A DNA stretch of 64,000 nucleotides, taken from Promethearchaeota archaeon (GTDB taxonomy: Archaea > Asgardarchaeota > Lokiarchaeia > Sigyniarchaeales > SOKP01). Below the pieces are notes generated by a model. It did no database searches, had not been told where the DNA came from, and saw only the letters and a program-made list of their open reading frames with translations. Below are positions 1-9,949 of the stretch, piece after piece (within the stretch, counting starts at the first letter, position 1; the number at the start of each line of letters is the position of its first letter). The stretch is taken from contig JBHLNF010000001.1 of the NCBI GenBank assembly GCA_048937405.1, positions 192,001-256,000 of the forward strand, given 5' to 3'. The position numbers were made by a program, and so were the translations under genes.

Positions 1-51
1 AACGTAAAATATTATAATTTAAAATAAAAAAAAGAAAATTTTTATTAAAGC

Positions 52-375
52 TTAATCTTCAGCTTCTTCTTCAGCTGCTAGCTCTTCCTCAAGTTCTTCT
101 AATGGAACAGGTGCAGGGGTTGTTAACATGCTATACCCAATCCAAATAGCAATTATGGAAATAAGCAACACTAGAAGCCACATAGGTGCTACTACAAATA
201 ATCTCCAATCAAGCCAATCGATCCCAAACAGATTAGTCCATTCATCCCACTCTCCAGTTTTAGGTGCCCAAACTGTTGTAAATAAGAGATCTAATATTGA
301 ACCCATTGTATATATTATAGCAATTAAAATACCAACAATCATTACAATGGCGCCAATTATTTTATCCTTTGCCAT
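52..375 (-). CDS. Conserved archaeal two-TM small membrane protein
   Basis: Two hydrophobic helices followed by WIGYSMLTTPAPVPLEELEEE acidic tail. Confidence 0.75.
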   Translation of the reverse strand: MAKDKIIGAIVMIVGILIAIIYTMGSILDLLFTTVWAPKTGEWDEWTNLFGIDWLDWRLFVVAPMWLLVLLISIIAIWIGYSMLTTPAPVPLEELEEELAAEEEAED

Positions 376-576
376 AATTATAACCTTTTATTTTTTTTAT
401 TTTTAGCAATAAATTGTTAAACATACAAATCATGCTTAATATTATTTTTAAAAAACTATTTAATTAAAACCATTCGATCATTCTATTAAATTGTAAATAT
501 AAAATTCGGATGAACCCTAATTAGATTGTATATAGATAAAAAATAATTATAGATTATAAAAACAAACTCTGAATTT

Positions 577-1539
577 ATGCTTGAAGAAAATGGTTATGTT
601 TTAATAATTGGTTCTAGTAATATGGATTTAAATATCTATTCCAAACGTTTTCCATATCCAGGAGAAACTGTAACAGGAGGGATATTTAAACAATTTCTAG
701 GAGGAAAGGGTGCAAATCAAGCAGTAGCTTCTGTAAGATCAGGCTCTAAAACCATTTTTATAGGTAAAATCGGAGCTGACTTATTTGGTGATCAAATGGT
801 TTCTAAATTGACAAGTGAAGGAATTAATATGGATCATATTATCAGAGATTCCAAAAATCCTAGTGGCGTTGCTTTCATTTTAGTCGATGAAAATGGTGAA
901 AACATGATAAGCGTAGCACCTGGAGCTAATGTTAATCTAAAGCCAGAAGAAATTAGATCTAAAACTCAACTCATCAAAAATGCTAATTCAATTATAGTTC
1001 AAATGGAAATTCCAACAGAGACAATTCAAGAGATATTCAATATAGCTTCTGAAGGTAATTGTATCAAAATTTTAAACCCAGCCCCTTTAAAACCCCTTCC
1101 TATAGAGATTTTAAGGAATGTTGACATTATAATACCAAATGAAGGTGAACTCTATCAATTACATAACCAACTCGGATTTAAAAATATATTAGTCGAGGGT
1201 ATACAAAAAATTGTTCAAATTTCAAGGGATCTTGCTGATTTAGGAGTAGAATATATCATCACAACGTTAGGTAAGAAAGGCAGTATAATTTTTGAAAAAA
1301 AAATTAATAAATTCTATGAAATTGCAGCTCCGGCGGTTCACACTGTAGATACAGTCGGGGCTGGTGATTGTTTTATAGGAGTTTTGGCAAGTTTCTTAAA
1401 TAAAGGAGAAACAATTTTAAATGCTGTTAAATCTGCAACAGTAGCCGCTTCTATTGCAGTTACCAAAAAAGGTGCACAAGAATCAATGCCATATCTAAGC
1501 GAAATCCAAAAAAAACTTAAAGAATTTAATTTAAATTGA
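577..1539 (+). CDS. rbsK: Ribokinase (PfkB family)
   Basis: GGKGANQAVA, NPAP, PNEGE and DTVGAGDCF PfkB motifs. Confidence 0.93.
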   Translation: MLEENGYVLIIGSSNMDLNIYSKRFPYPGETVTGGIFKQFLGGKGANQAVASVRSGSKTIFIGKIGADLFGDQMVSKLTSEGINMDHIIRDSKNPSGVAFILVDENGENMISVAPGANVNLKPEEIRSKTQLIKNANSIIVQMEIPTETIQEIFNIASEGNCIKILNPAPLKPLPIEILRNVDIIIPNEGELYQLHNQLGFKNILVEGIQKIVQISRDLADLGVEYIITTLGKKGSIIFEKKINKFYEIAAPAVHTVDTVGAGDCFIGVLASFLNKGETILNAVKSATVAASIAVTKKGAQESMPYLSEIQKKLKEFNLN

Positions 1540-2234
1540 AACTAAAAGGTTATATTTATTTGTTTAATGAAAATATTCCAATTAATAGAAGTACTTTATT
1601 AAGAAAAACACACTCTAAGGAGTTAATAATTGAAATAAATCCAAAACAGTTATCAGATATCTTTTTGATTAATGGCTCAGACTTTAAAACAAAAGGTATA
1701 AAAGAATCAGATTTAGTAATTAAACCTAATTCTTATTATATGATAGTAAACAAAGGAAAAAGATCATTAAATATTAAGTATAATCAAGATATCTCTAAAC
1801 ATCAAATAGTATATAATCCTTATAAATATGAAACCTCACAAAGAATACTTCTTGAATCCGATTGGTTTAAAGAACGATATTGTATCCCTAAAGGATATAT
1901 TAATATCCTTCCCAAGTGGTATAGCTTTAAATTTACTTATCTTGATTTTAATTTGATATTTATTCGACCAGAATTTGGTTTATCAATTCAAGTTCATAAG
2001 TATAGAAACGAATCATGGGAAATACTAGAAGGTAAACCTATAATTATCAGTGGAAGTGATGTATATTATTTTGTTGAAGCTGGTAGTACATTTCAAAATC
2101 CAATTAACACTTATCATTCTATTATTAATCCAAATAAAGATGAAAACAAATTTGTATTGATTAAAGAAAAATGGAATGGAAAATTTGATGAAAATGATAT
2201 AGATCGTGTTTTTAATCCAAATCACTTTGAATAA
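1536..2234 (+). CDS. Cupin-domain protein (mannose-6-phosphate isomerase type II C-terminal-like)
   Basis: LSIQVHKYRNESWEILEG...HS cupin motif; overlaps rbsK stop, TTG start. Confidence 0.6.
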   Translation: MKLKGYIYLFNENIPINRSTLLRKTHSKELIIEINPKQLSDIFLINGSDFKTKGIKESDLVIKPNSYYMIVNKGKRSLNIKYNQDISKHQIVYNPYKYETSQRILLESDWFKERYCIPKGYINILPKWYSFKFTYLDFNLIFIRPEFGLSIQVHKYRNESWEILEGKPIIISGSDVYYFVEAGSTFQNPINTYHSIINPNKDENKFVLIKEKWNGKFDENDIDRVFNPNHFE

Positions 2235-2463
2235 ATTGATTTTTGTCTATGTAATGAGTAGACAAAATGCGGTTTCTAATTTAAGGGATAAAAATAATTG
2301 AGATTCTCTTCAAAATTACATCTAACACTTATAAGTTTTATGATTTTTACGTGCTTAACCTAAAAGTTAAAATTCAATTGAACACTAAAAACCTTACCGG
2401 AATATGATTTATCAGAAAAAATTTACGGAATAATATTAATGGAATAAGCAGATTGGTTAAAAA

Positions 2464-3039
2464 ATGGCTCCAGATGAAAAGTCTGACGAAAGAGAATCAG
2501 AAGAAATGGAAGAAACATCACATAGAGATTTAGAAAAAGATTCAAATTCAGAAAAAGACATTGAAAGTGAATCTGAAACAGAATCAAGGGAAGAATTAGA
2601 AGAAAAAGGAGAATTAGACACGGAAGCAGAGTTAGATAGACTTAGGTTTAAATATAGAGGATTTACAATAGATGAGTTGAAGAAAATGAATATGGATCAA
2701 TTCATACAATTATTACCTGCCAGAGCTAGACGTTCTTTAAAACGAGGATTACCTCCAAGACAAAAAAAATTGCTAGAAAGATTGAGACGGGCATATCGTG
2801 CTAAAAAAAGAGGTAAAGATTTGGTTACCAGAACCCATGTAAGAGACATGATCATCTTTCCTGAAATGGTTGGTCTTAAAATAGGTGTCTACAATGGCAA
2901 AATATTTGAAATTGTTGATATAAGGCCAGAAATGATTGGACACTATTTAGGCGAGTTTTCTCTTACAAGAAAAAGAATACAACATGGGTCTCCAGGAATC
3001 GGAGCCACCAGAAGTTCGAAATATGTTCCATTGAAATAA
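2464..3039 (+). CDS. rps19: 30S ribosomal protein uS19 with acidic N-terminal extension
   Basis: [39 protein letters not shown]. Confidence 0.98.
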   Translation: MAPDEKSDERESEEMEETSHRDLEKDSNSEKDIESESETESREELEEKGELDTEAELDRLRFKYRGFTIDELKKMNMDQFIQLLPARARRSLKRGLPPRQKKLLERLRRAYRAKKRGKDLVTRTHVRDMIIFPEMVGLKIGVYNGKIFEIVDIRPEMIGHYLGEFSLTRKRIQHGSPGIGATRSSKYVPLK

Positions 3040-3065
3040 TAATAAAATAAAAAGGTTGATGATAA

Positions 3066-3545
3066 TTGCCTAATTGGGGTTATTCTTTTGTAGAACAGAA
3101 ATATGATACAGATAGATTGGCAAAAGCATCTGGTAGGGATATTAGAATTAAACCTAAACATGCAAGAGAAATTTGTGCTGTAATTAAAGGTATGAAGGTA
3201 GAACAAGCAAAATCTTACTTAGAGAAAGTTATTAGTTTGGAGCAATCAGTACCTTTTAGAAGACATAAGAAAAAAGTACCACATAGAAAAGATCTAAAGC
3301 AATTTAAATGGTATGCTGGAAGATATCCACAAAAAGCAGCAGCCAGAATATATGAAATTCTTACTTCTGTTGAATCAAATGCAGAATATAAGGGTTTAGA
3401 TATTGATTTATGTAGGATCATTCACGCAGCAACACATAGAGGTAGAATAATAAAAAGAAACATCCCTAGAGCACATGGTCGAAGTACTGCAAAAAACAAG
3501 CATCTTTCACATGTAGAAATTGTTATTTACGAATTTCCAAGCTAG
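3066..3545 (+). CDS. rpl22: 50S ribosomal protein uL22
   Basis: GRYPQKAA, PRAHGRS, SHVEIV; TTG start. Confidence 0.98.
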   Translation: MPNWGYSFVEQKYDTDRLAKASGRDIRIKPKHAREICAVIKGMKVEQAKSYLEKVISLEQSVPFRRHKKKVPHRKDLKQFKWYAGRYPQKAAARIYEILTSVESNAEYKGLDIDLCRIIHAATHRGRIIKRNIPRAHGRSTAKNKHLSHVEIVIYEFPS

Positions 3546-3596
3546 GTAAATTAATATTCAATTTGAAATAATAATTATGATAAAATTGATAGAAAT

Positions 3597-4391
3597 ATGA
3601 GTCCTCTAGTGAAAAACTTTATTGAACAAGGAATTAAGCTAATGCAAATAAATGAATATTTACGTTCAGAACTAGTTCGTGCAGGATTTGCAGGTGTTGA
3701 TTTACAACGAACACCATTAGGAGTTAGGATAACCTTAAAAACGAGTCGCCCCGGACTAGTAATTGGGAAGGGGGGAAAGAGAATTCAAGAAATTACAGAC
3801 GTTCTGCAAGACAGATTCGGACTTGAGATGCCTCAAATCGAAGTTGAGGAGGTGGCAGAACCAGATCTTGATGCTCAAATTATGGCAGAAAGATTGGCTT
3901 ATTCATTAGATAGAGGAAGACATTATAGAAGAGCAGGTTATTACATACTCAGAAAAGTAATGGATGCAGGAGCTCGTGGTGTAGAAATAATTATCTCTGG
4001 TAAAGTAACTTCTCAACGTGCTCGAGTTCAAATTTTTAGAGCAGGAACTATGTCCAAAAGTGGTCAAACAGCTCAAGAAGGAGTAGATAAGGGTGTTGCA
4101 CAATGTATACAGAAATCTGGAGTGTTGGGAATAATTGTGAAAATAATGCGAGCCAATACAAAAATGGGTGATGATATCCGAATCAAAGAAGATCTCTTAT
4201 CTAAAGCTCAAGCAGCAGAAGAATCTAAGCTAGTAAAAACACGAGCAGATTATGTGATTGAAGAGGAAAAAAAGGAAATTCTAAGCAAAGAAGATAAACA
4301 ATTGCTTGATGAAGTAGATGAGGAGGATACTTCCGAGATTTCATTAGATTCTGATAAAGAGATTGAAAAAATAGAATTAGATGATGAATAA
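3597..4391 (+). CDS. rps3: 30S ribosomal protein uS3
   Basis: KH motif RPGLVIGKGGKRI; GARGVEIIISGK. Confidence 0.98.
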   Translation: MSPLVKNFIEQGIKLMQINEYLRSELVRAGFAGVDLQRTPLGVRITLKTSRPGLVIGKGGKRIQEITDVLQDRFGLEMPQIEVEEVAEPDLDAQIMAERLAYSLDRGRHYRRAGYYILRKVMDAGARGVEIIISGKVTSQRARVQIFRAGTMSKSGQTAQEGVDKGVAQCIQKSGVLGIIVKIMRANTKMGDDIRIKEDLLSKAQAAEESKLVKTRADYVIEEEKKEILSKEDKQLLDEVDEEDTSEISLDSDKEIEKIELDDE

Positions 4392-4412
4392 GTATTGAAT
4401 AAGTGATTAAGA

Positions 4413-4613
4413 ATGGATATTATTATCGCAAAAAAAGTTCGAGAAATGGATGTTAGAGAAAGAGAAAGAACACTTTTGAATTTAAGAGAAGAATTGATGA
4501 TGCTTTACTCAATGCAAACTGGTGGTGGACTTGCTGATAATCCCGCCAAAGCAAAATTATTAAGAAAGCAAATTGCAAGAATATTAACAGTTTTAAATGA
4601 AGAAAAGCGATGA
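4413..4613 (+). CDS. rpl29: 50S ribosomal protein uL29
   Basis: NPAKAKLLRKQIARILTV; operon position. Confidence 0.95.
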   Translation: MDIIIAKKVREMDVRERERTLLNLREELMMLYSMQTGGGLADNPAKAKLLRKQIARILTVLNEEKR

Positions 4614-4924
4614 TTGACCCAAAATATTTGATATATCATGATCTTATAGGATTTATTGCCTATATTAAGCCCAAATCAAAAATTAAGGATAATAAATTCT
4701 TAGATGTAGGTATAGTAATCGATGATACAAAAAATATGTTAATTACTGAGAAGGATAATAAAATTAGGAAATTTATCAAAAAAGATTACATATTTAGATT
4801 TAAGCTACCCCACCAAAAAAGTGAAGAAGAGGACTATTATCTAGAAGTGCAAGGTATTAGAATTGTTGGTTCTCCTATAAATAGACTAAGAAGTTTAAAG
4901 AAGAAGAGATGGTTAAAAGCATGA
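4610..4924 (+). CDS. rnp1: Ribonuclease P protein component 1 (Rpp29/POP4)
   Basis: HDLIG, GIVIDDTKNML, IVGSPINRL; conserved position between uL29 and uS17. Confidence 0.9.
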   Translation: MIDPKYLIYHDLIGFIAYIKPKSKIKDNKFLDVGIVIDDTKNMLITEKDNKIRKFIKKDYIFRFKLPHQKSEEEDYYLEVQGIRIVGSPINRLRSLKKKRWLKA

Positions 4925-5277
4925 GTGATAATATTGGTATTCCTGGAGTAATTCCTCCAAAGATTAAGTCAGAAGAATGCAAAGATCTTTCTTGCCCATT
5001 TCATGGTAAAACAAGAATTAGAGGAAAAATTACCCAAGGAGTTGTAGTAAGCAAAAAATCTAAAAATACTATTATCATAAGGCGTGATTATGTTCAGTTT
5101 GTTAAAAAATATCAAAGATATGAACGTCGTAATACACGCTTAGCGTGTCATTTAACAGATTGTTTGAGTAATGAAATTCAAATCGGAGATTTAGTAAGAG
5201 TTGGTGAATCTAGAAAAATTTCGAAAACAAAAGCTTTTATAGTTCTCGGAAAAATTACAGGTGGGGGGGTGGTTTAA
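4921..5277 (+). CDS. rps17: 30S ribosomal protein uS17
   Basis: CPFHG, KKYQRYERR, GESRKISKTK; ATG at 4921 overlaps the rnp1 stop. Confidence 0.97.
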   Translation: MSDNIGIPGVIPPKIKSEECKDLSCPFHGKTRIRGKITQGVVVSKKSKNTIIIRRDYVQFVKKYQRYERRNTRLACHLTDCLSNEIQIGDLVRVGESRKISKTKAFIVLGKITGGGVV

Positions 5278-5703
5278 ATGGGAACGAGAAGAAAACTAGG
5301 GAGAAAAACCTATACTAAATCACGCACTAGCTATGGTTTATGTAATGGATCAAAAATCTTGATTGCCGATAATTCTGGAGCTAAAATAGCTCAAATCATT
5401 AATGTAGATGGTTTCAAAACTAGATTAAGAAGATTACCAAAAGCTTCTGTTGGTAGTGTTTGTACCGTTACAATAAAGAAAGGTAAACCTGAATTAAGAG
5501 GAAATATAGTAAAAGCTGTAATTGTTAGACAAAAAATGATTTATAGACGACTAGATGGAACGAGACTTTGTTTTGAAGATAACGCTGGAGTAATAGTAAC
5601 GAAAGAAGGTGAACCGAAAGCAACAGAGATACGTGGTCCAATCGCACGAGAAGCTGCTGAAATGTTTCCAAGGTTAGCATCAATATCATCATTAATAATA
5701 TAA
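5278..5703 (+). CDS. rpl14: 50S ribosomal protein uL14
   Basis: ADNSGAK, AVIVRQK, FEDNAGVIV, GPIAREAA. Confidence 0.98.
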   Translation: MGTRRKLGRKTYTKSRTSYGLCNGSKILIADNSGAKIAQIINVDGFKTRLRRLPKASVGSVCTVTIKKGKPELRGNIVKAVIVRQKMIYRRLDGTRLCFEDNAGVIVTKEGEPKATEIRGPIAREAAEMFPRLASISSLII

Positions 5704-5717
5704 TAAAAGGATTAAAA

Positions 5718-6146
5718 ATGAAAGTAAAATCAAAACATCCAAGTAAACAAAGAAAGGCATTATATAATTATAACAATCATCAAAGATCAAAATTAATAAG
5801 TACAAGGGTAGCAGATTTTCTTCGCGACGAATATGGAATAAAAAAGCTTCCTATTAGGGTTGGTGATCAAGTTCGAGTTTGTAGAGGTGAATTCAAGGAT
5901 TTTGAGGGAGAAGTTATAGAAATAACACGTAATCAAAGATGTAAAATTAAAGAATGTACTTTTGAAAAAACAGATGGAACTCAATTTAATCCTGGTATTC
6001 ATATTTCAAATTTAGTAATAACAAAATTTGCTAAAGAAAAGAACATGGATCCATGGCGTGCGGATATGATAGAAAGAAAAGCAGTATATGGTTTTTATAA
6101 GGAAGAAATTAAAGCACCAAAAAAGGAGAAGGAGGGCGAAAAATAA
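5718..6146 (+). CDS. rpl24: 50S ribosomal protein uL24
   Basis: SKHPSKQRK, LPIRVGDQVRVCRG KOW, IHISNLVITK. Confidence 0.97.
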   Translation: MKVKSKHPSKQRKALYNYNNHQRSKLISTRVADFLRDEYGIKKLPIRVGDQVRVCRGEFKDFEGEVIEITRNQRCKIKECTFEKTDGTQFNPGIHISNLVITKFAKEKNMDPWRADMIERKAVYGFYKEEIKAPKKEKEGEK

Positions 6147-6149
6147 ACA

Positions 6150-6905
6150 ATGACGAGACATGGAGGCCAAAAATCTTTAAAAAGGTTAAATACTCCCGCT
6201 TTCTTACAAATTAAGAGAAAACATGGTACATTTTTCGTGAAACCTTCTCCTGGACCACATCCTAATAGACTTTGTCTACCTCTTTTACATATTGTTAGAG
6301 ATCTCCTTAAAATAGTCGATAATCATAGGGAAGCAAAAAAAATAATTGTAGCAGGACAATTCAAGGTTGATGGAAAAATAGTAAGAAATAAATCATACCC
6401 CCTAGGATTAATGGATGTACTATCAATTGTAAAACTAAACAAACATTATAGAATCTTACCAGATTCCCATCATGGGTTGATTTTACATGAGATTTCTGAA
6501 GAAGAAAGTACTTACAAATTATGCAGAATAAATAATAAAAAGACCGTCAAGGGAGGAAATATTCAGTTAAATCTACATGATGGAAGAAACATTTTAATTA
6601 AAGTTAAAGATCCCAAATCCCCAAAAGAGGATGTTTATAAAAGAATGGATGTCCTAAAAATATCCATTCCAGAACAAGAAATCCATAAAGTCTTAAAATT
6701 TAAAGAAAATAATATTGCAATCATTATATCTGGAAAAAACATTGGTCAAGTTGGAAAAATTATTAATATATTGAAAAGATTTGGCCCTAAAGCTAGTACA
6801 GTCTCAATTCAACATAATGGAGGTCATACTGAGACTTTATATGATTATACTTTCATTTTGGGAGAAGAGAATTTTGAAATAGACATACCCAACTTAAATA
6901 GCTAA
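6150..6905 (+). CDS. rps4e: 30S ribosomal protein eS4
   Basis: LKRLNTP, PSPGPH, GLMDVLSI, QLNLHDGRN. Confidence 0.98.
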   Translation: MTRHGGQKSLKRLNTPAFLQIKRKHGTFFVKPSPGPHPNRLCLPLLHIVRDLLKIVDNHREAKKIIVAGQFKVDGKIVRNKSYPLGLMDVLSIVKLNKHYRILPDSHHGLILHEISEEESTYKLCRINNKKTVKGGNIQLNLHDGRNILIKVKDPKSPKEDVYKRMDVLKISIPEQEIHKVLKFKENNIAIIISGKNIGQVGKIINILKRFGPKASTVSIQHNGGHTETLYDYTFILGEENFEIDIPNLNS

Positions 6906-6930
6906 TAAAGTTTAAAATCAAGTGAAAAAA

Positions 6931-7524
6931 ATGTCAAGTAAAACAAGATCGAAAATATCATCGGCTCTTTCAAAAGAATTTGAAGAAAAATGGAAAAATC
7001 CAATGAAAAAACCATATTTAGAAAAGCTAGTTTTAAATATAGGGGTTGGAGTTGGAGGGGAAGAGTTAGAGAAAGCTGTTAATGTTTTAGAAACAATTAC
7101 AGACCAAAAAGCAATTAAGACTACATCAAAAAAAAATGTGAAAGAATTTAATTTAAGAATAGGACGACCCATTGGTACGAAAGTAACTATTAGGGGTCAA
7201 GCTGCTGAGAAATTACTTAAAAGATTACTAATTGTTAATAATAATAAAATATTAAGAAAAAGTTTTGATAATTATGGTAATTTTGGTTTTGGAATAACCG
7301 AGCACATTTCTATTCCCGGTATTGAATATGATAATGCAATTGGGATATGGGGTTTGGATTGTGTAGGAAGAGTAGTTAGACCCGGAATGAGAGTAAAATC
7401 TAGACGAAAAGCTCGGACTAAAGTTCCAAAACATCATTATGTCTCACGACAAGAAACCCAATATTTTTTAGAACAAAATTTTGGAGTTGAAATTGTAGAA
7501 AAATTAGAATTAGAATATTTTTAA
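6931..7524 (+). CDS. rpl5: 50S ribosomal protein uL5
   Basis: NPMKKPYLEKLVLNIGVG, GNFGFGITEHI; ATG at 6931 preferred over GTG at 6922. Confidence 0.97.
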   Translation: MSSKTRSKISSALSKEFEEKWKNPMKKPYLEKLVLNIGVGVGGEELEKAVNVLETITDQKAIKTTSKKNVKEFNLRIGRPIGTKVTIRGQAAEKLLKRLLIVNNNKILRKSFDNYGNFGFGITEHISIPGIEYDNAIGIWGLDCVGRVVRPGMRVKSRRKARTKVPKHHYVSRQETQYFLEQNFGVEIVEKLELEYF

Positions 7525-7543
7525 TGAGTTTAGGTGAAATAAA

Positions 7544-7693
7544 ATACCACAAGGCAAACATTTCGGTAAAGGCCAGAGAGAATGTAGAAGATGTCATACT
7601 CATAGAGGAGTAATACGACGGTATGGATTATATATATGTAGAAGGTGCTTTTATGAAATAGGAAAAGATATTGGATTTAAAAGATTTGAGTAA
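7544..7693 (+). CDS. rps14: 30S ribosomal protein uS14 (zinc-binding); missed by the ORF track, apparent ATA start
   Basis: Translates [48 protein letters not shown]; in-frame TGA at 7535, no in-frame ATG; SD GGTGA 6 nt before ATA. Confidence 0.93.
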   Translation: MPQGKHFGKGQRECRRCHTHRGVIRRYGLYICRRCFYEIGKDIGFKRFE

Positions 7694-7713
7694 TAATTAG
7701 AATAAAAAAAAGT

Positions 7714-7869
7714 GTGAATATCTATGACAAATACCATAGCAGATGCTTGTTGTGCCCTTAAAAATGCAGAAAGAGCACGTAAAAAGGAAGTTATTATTAG
7801 CCCTGCTTCTAAGGTTCTTCAACAAATTCTTCGAATATTCCAAAGACAAGCATATATTGGAGAATTCGA
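7714..7869 (+). repeat. Direct repeat copy 1 (rps8 SD plus 5' end), attL-like
   Basis: Matches 22740-22895; 3 mismatches in 146 coding nt (ACA/CCA, CTT/CTC, GGA/GGC) plus 2 in the spacer. Confidence 0.95.
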
Positions 7870-7885
7870 AGTCTGTTTATTATAA
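7724..7885 (+). pseudogene. rps8: Truncated 5' copy of rps8 (49 native codons plus VCLL-stop); left junction of the island
   Basis: MTNTIADACCALKNAERARKKEVIISPASKVLQQILRIFQRQAYIGEFE, then diverges into island sequence. Confidence 0.93.
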
Positions 7886-8245
7886 ATATTTTAAAACTAA
7901 ATTTCTAAACTCCTGTACTTTTATAGGTTTTGATATATATTGATTAAAACCAGATGACATAATACGTTCCTTATCTCCTTTCATTGCAAAAGAAGTTACA
8001 GCAATTATTGGTATATCTTTGAATTTTTCGATTTTTCTTAAATTTGAACAAATTTCTGTACCGTTCATTTCTGGTAATTGAATGTCTAGAATAATTAAAT
8101 CTGGATTACCTGATTTGATTAATTCAAATCCTAAATCACCTCTAGTTTCTTCAAAAATTTCAATATCGGGTATTAAATTTAAAATTGCTTTAAATAGCTT
8201 CATATTTTTTTCATTATCCTCAATAACATACACACTTTTTTTCAT
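7880..8245 (-). CDS. Single-domain response regulator (CheY/DivK-like receiver)
   Basis: IEDN, LIILDIQLPEMNG, AVTS, YISKP. Confidence 0.93.
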   Translation of the reverse strand: MKKSVYVIEDNEKNMKLFKAILNLIPDIEIFEETRGDLGFELIKSGNPDLIILDIQLPEMNGTEICSNLRKIEKFKDIPIIAVTSFAMKGDKERIMSSGFNQYISKPIKVQEFRNLVLKYL

Positions 8246-8401
8246 AAATCATTACCTACTTTTTTATTGAAACATAAAGAGAATTACGTGAATAATTCTT
8301 TTAAGGAAATTTTCACCTATGACTTCTAGATAAATCATTTTAGCTAAGATATATAAATTTTTAGAAATCTAAAATTGAAATAGAAGAATTGCAAATTGAT
8401 T

Positions 8402-9949
8402 TTAAGGACAAAATTTTAATTTTAGTTCTTGAGCTATATTAGCCATTTTATTTAGTTCTTCATAATCTTTTTCAATTATTGATTTCATGATATCAACCTT
8501 TAACTTTTTAATTTTTTCAAGAGTAATAGAAAATTCTTTATTAATATCCTCATATAATTTGTCTATGTTGCTATAAAGAAGTTGAGCTTGATTTTTATCA
8601 ATAATCTCAGAATTAATTATCTTTCTTTGATAAAAAGTATTTAATTCTTCTAACCAATTCCTTCCAATTTCTCCTATTGGTAGTAGATCATCGATTTTTC
8701 CTGTATTTAGCCCCATTTCAAATTTATCCTTATATTCATCGAATAAATTCCTGAAATAATTGTTAATTTTATTTTCAATGGCTTCTAAGTTAATATTAGG
8801 ATTCATAAAAAGAGTTACAGTATAATTATTATAACTAAAAATATGCATTTTTAAATTACTTCCTCTCAAACCAAAACCGGTTAAATCCTGAATATTTAGT
8901 TCCAAAGAAAATTTCTCCAACGCACTTATAAACATTGGAATCAATTCAAGATCAATTGGAATTATACTATCATCATTTGGAACACTTTGAGAAATATAAT
9001 CTTTAATAGCATTATCATATAATTCAAAATTTAATAACGATAATCCATCTTTATCTGATATTATTGCTCCTATGATCCCTGAATTTTTTTCTTCAGTCGG
9101 AATTTCTAATAAAGGAAAATTTCTCTCATCTTTATCATTTGAGACGGAGAAAAAATTCTCCAAAACTTTTTTGTATATTACCTTACCTTTATTCGTTAAA
9201 CTTAGAAGTGATTCATTTTTTACCTCTTTTACTTCAATATGACCTTTATTAATTAAATTTTCAACTAAATAATTTACCAATTTCTCAGGACGATTCAATT
9301 TTTCATAAAGAATATCTTTAGCAATAATTACATTTTTATCAATTTGATGTATGATTTTCAATGATTCATCAACCATATTCAATAATAATCCTTCATTAGG
9401 TAAGACATCTTGAAGGCAAGTTTTCATAATTTCAATGAAATATGAAAAAGTCTGATGAAAGTATTCCTTTTTCAAACTGGTAAATCGAAAATTTATTAGA
9501 GTATCATTTGAGAAACTATTCTTAATTATCGATCTAATTTCTCTGATTTTCTTTTCACTTACCAAATCTATTTTATGTAATAATACAAAAATAAAGGTGG
9601 ATGGAGTAAGATCATTTCTTAAATCAATAACTTTTCTTACAAAATTAATGATCTCATCATTATTAGATTTAATGTCAATTACTACCAATATTAGTTTAGT
9701 GTCATAAAAAATTCTTTTTTCATCTGTTTCAAGCCATCGTTTATTTTCTTGACCAGCTAGATCAAATATACCAATATCTTCATTTAAACCTGGTAATCGC
9801 AATATTAATGATTCTTCTCCATATGTTGGGTCTAAAGCATATTCTAGTAACTTAGATGAACTTTCTCCTTCAAAAAAGACTTTACGAAGGGTTGTTTTCC
9901 CAGCATTTGGTGGTCCTACAAATATAATTTTTTTTCCTATTTTGATCAC
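8402..9949 (-). CDS. Rag/Gtr-like GTPase fused to winged-helix and C-terminal roadblock/longin-like domain
   Basis: GPPNAGKT, PTYG, DLAGQ, HKID, FTSL; LVENLINKGHI...LSLTNKG wHTH; IIGAIISDKDGLSLL...FISALEKFS. Confidence 0.75.
   Translation of the reverse strand: MIKIGKKIIFVGPPNAGKTTLRKVFFEGESSSKLLEYALDPTYGEESLILRLPGLNEDIGIFDLAGQENKRWLETDEKRIFYDTKLILVVIDIKSNNDEIINFVRKVIDLRNDLTPSTFIFVLLHKIDLVSEKKIREIRSIIKNSFSNDTLINFRFTSLKKEYFHQTFSYFIEIMKTCLQDVLPNEGLLLNMVDESLKIIHQIDKNVIIAKDILYEKLNRPEKLVNYLVENLINKGHIEVKEVKNESLLSLTNKGKVIYKKVLENFFSVSNDKDERNFPLLEIPTEEKNSGIIGAIISDKDGLSLLNFELYDNAIKDYISQSVPNDDSIIPIDLELIPMFISALEKFSLELNIQDLTGFGLRGSNLKMHIFSYNNYTVTLFMNPNINLEAIENKINNYFRNLFDEYKDKFEMGLNTGKIDDLLPIGEIGRNWLEELNTFYQRKIINSEIIDKNQAQLLYSNIDKLYEDINKEFSITLEKIKKLKVDIMKSIIEKDYEELNKMANIAQELKLKFCP

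Noticed and set aside
7714-7869. rps8 repeat as a pure assembly duplication
   Set aside because: The copies differ at 5 positions (two synonymous) and have different upstream contexts, which fits real divergence better. This is not fully excluded without reads.
7743-7943. 66-aa ORF from the ORF track
   Set aside because: Out-of-frame shadow over the truncated rps8 copy and antisense to the receiver gene.
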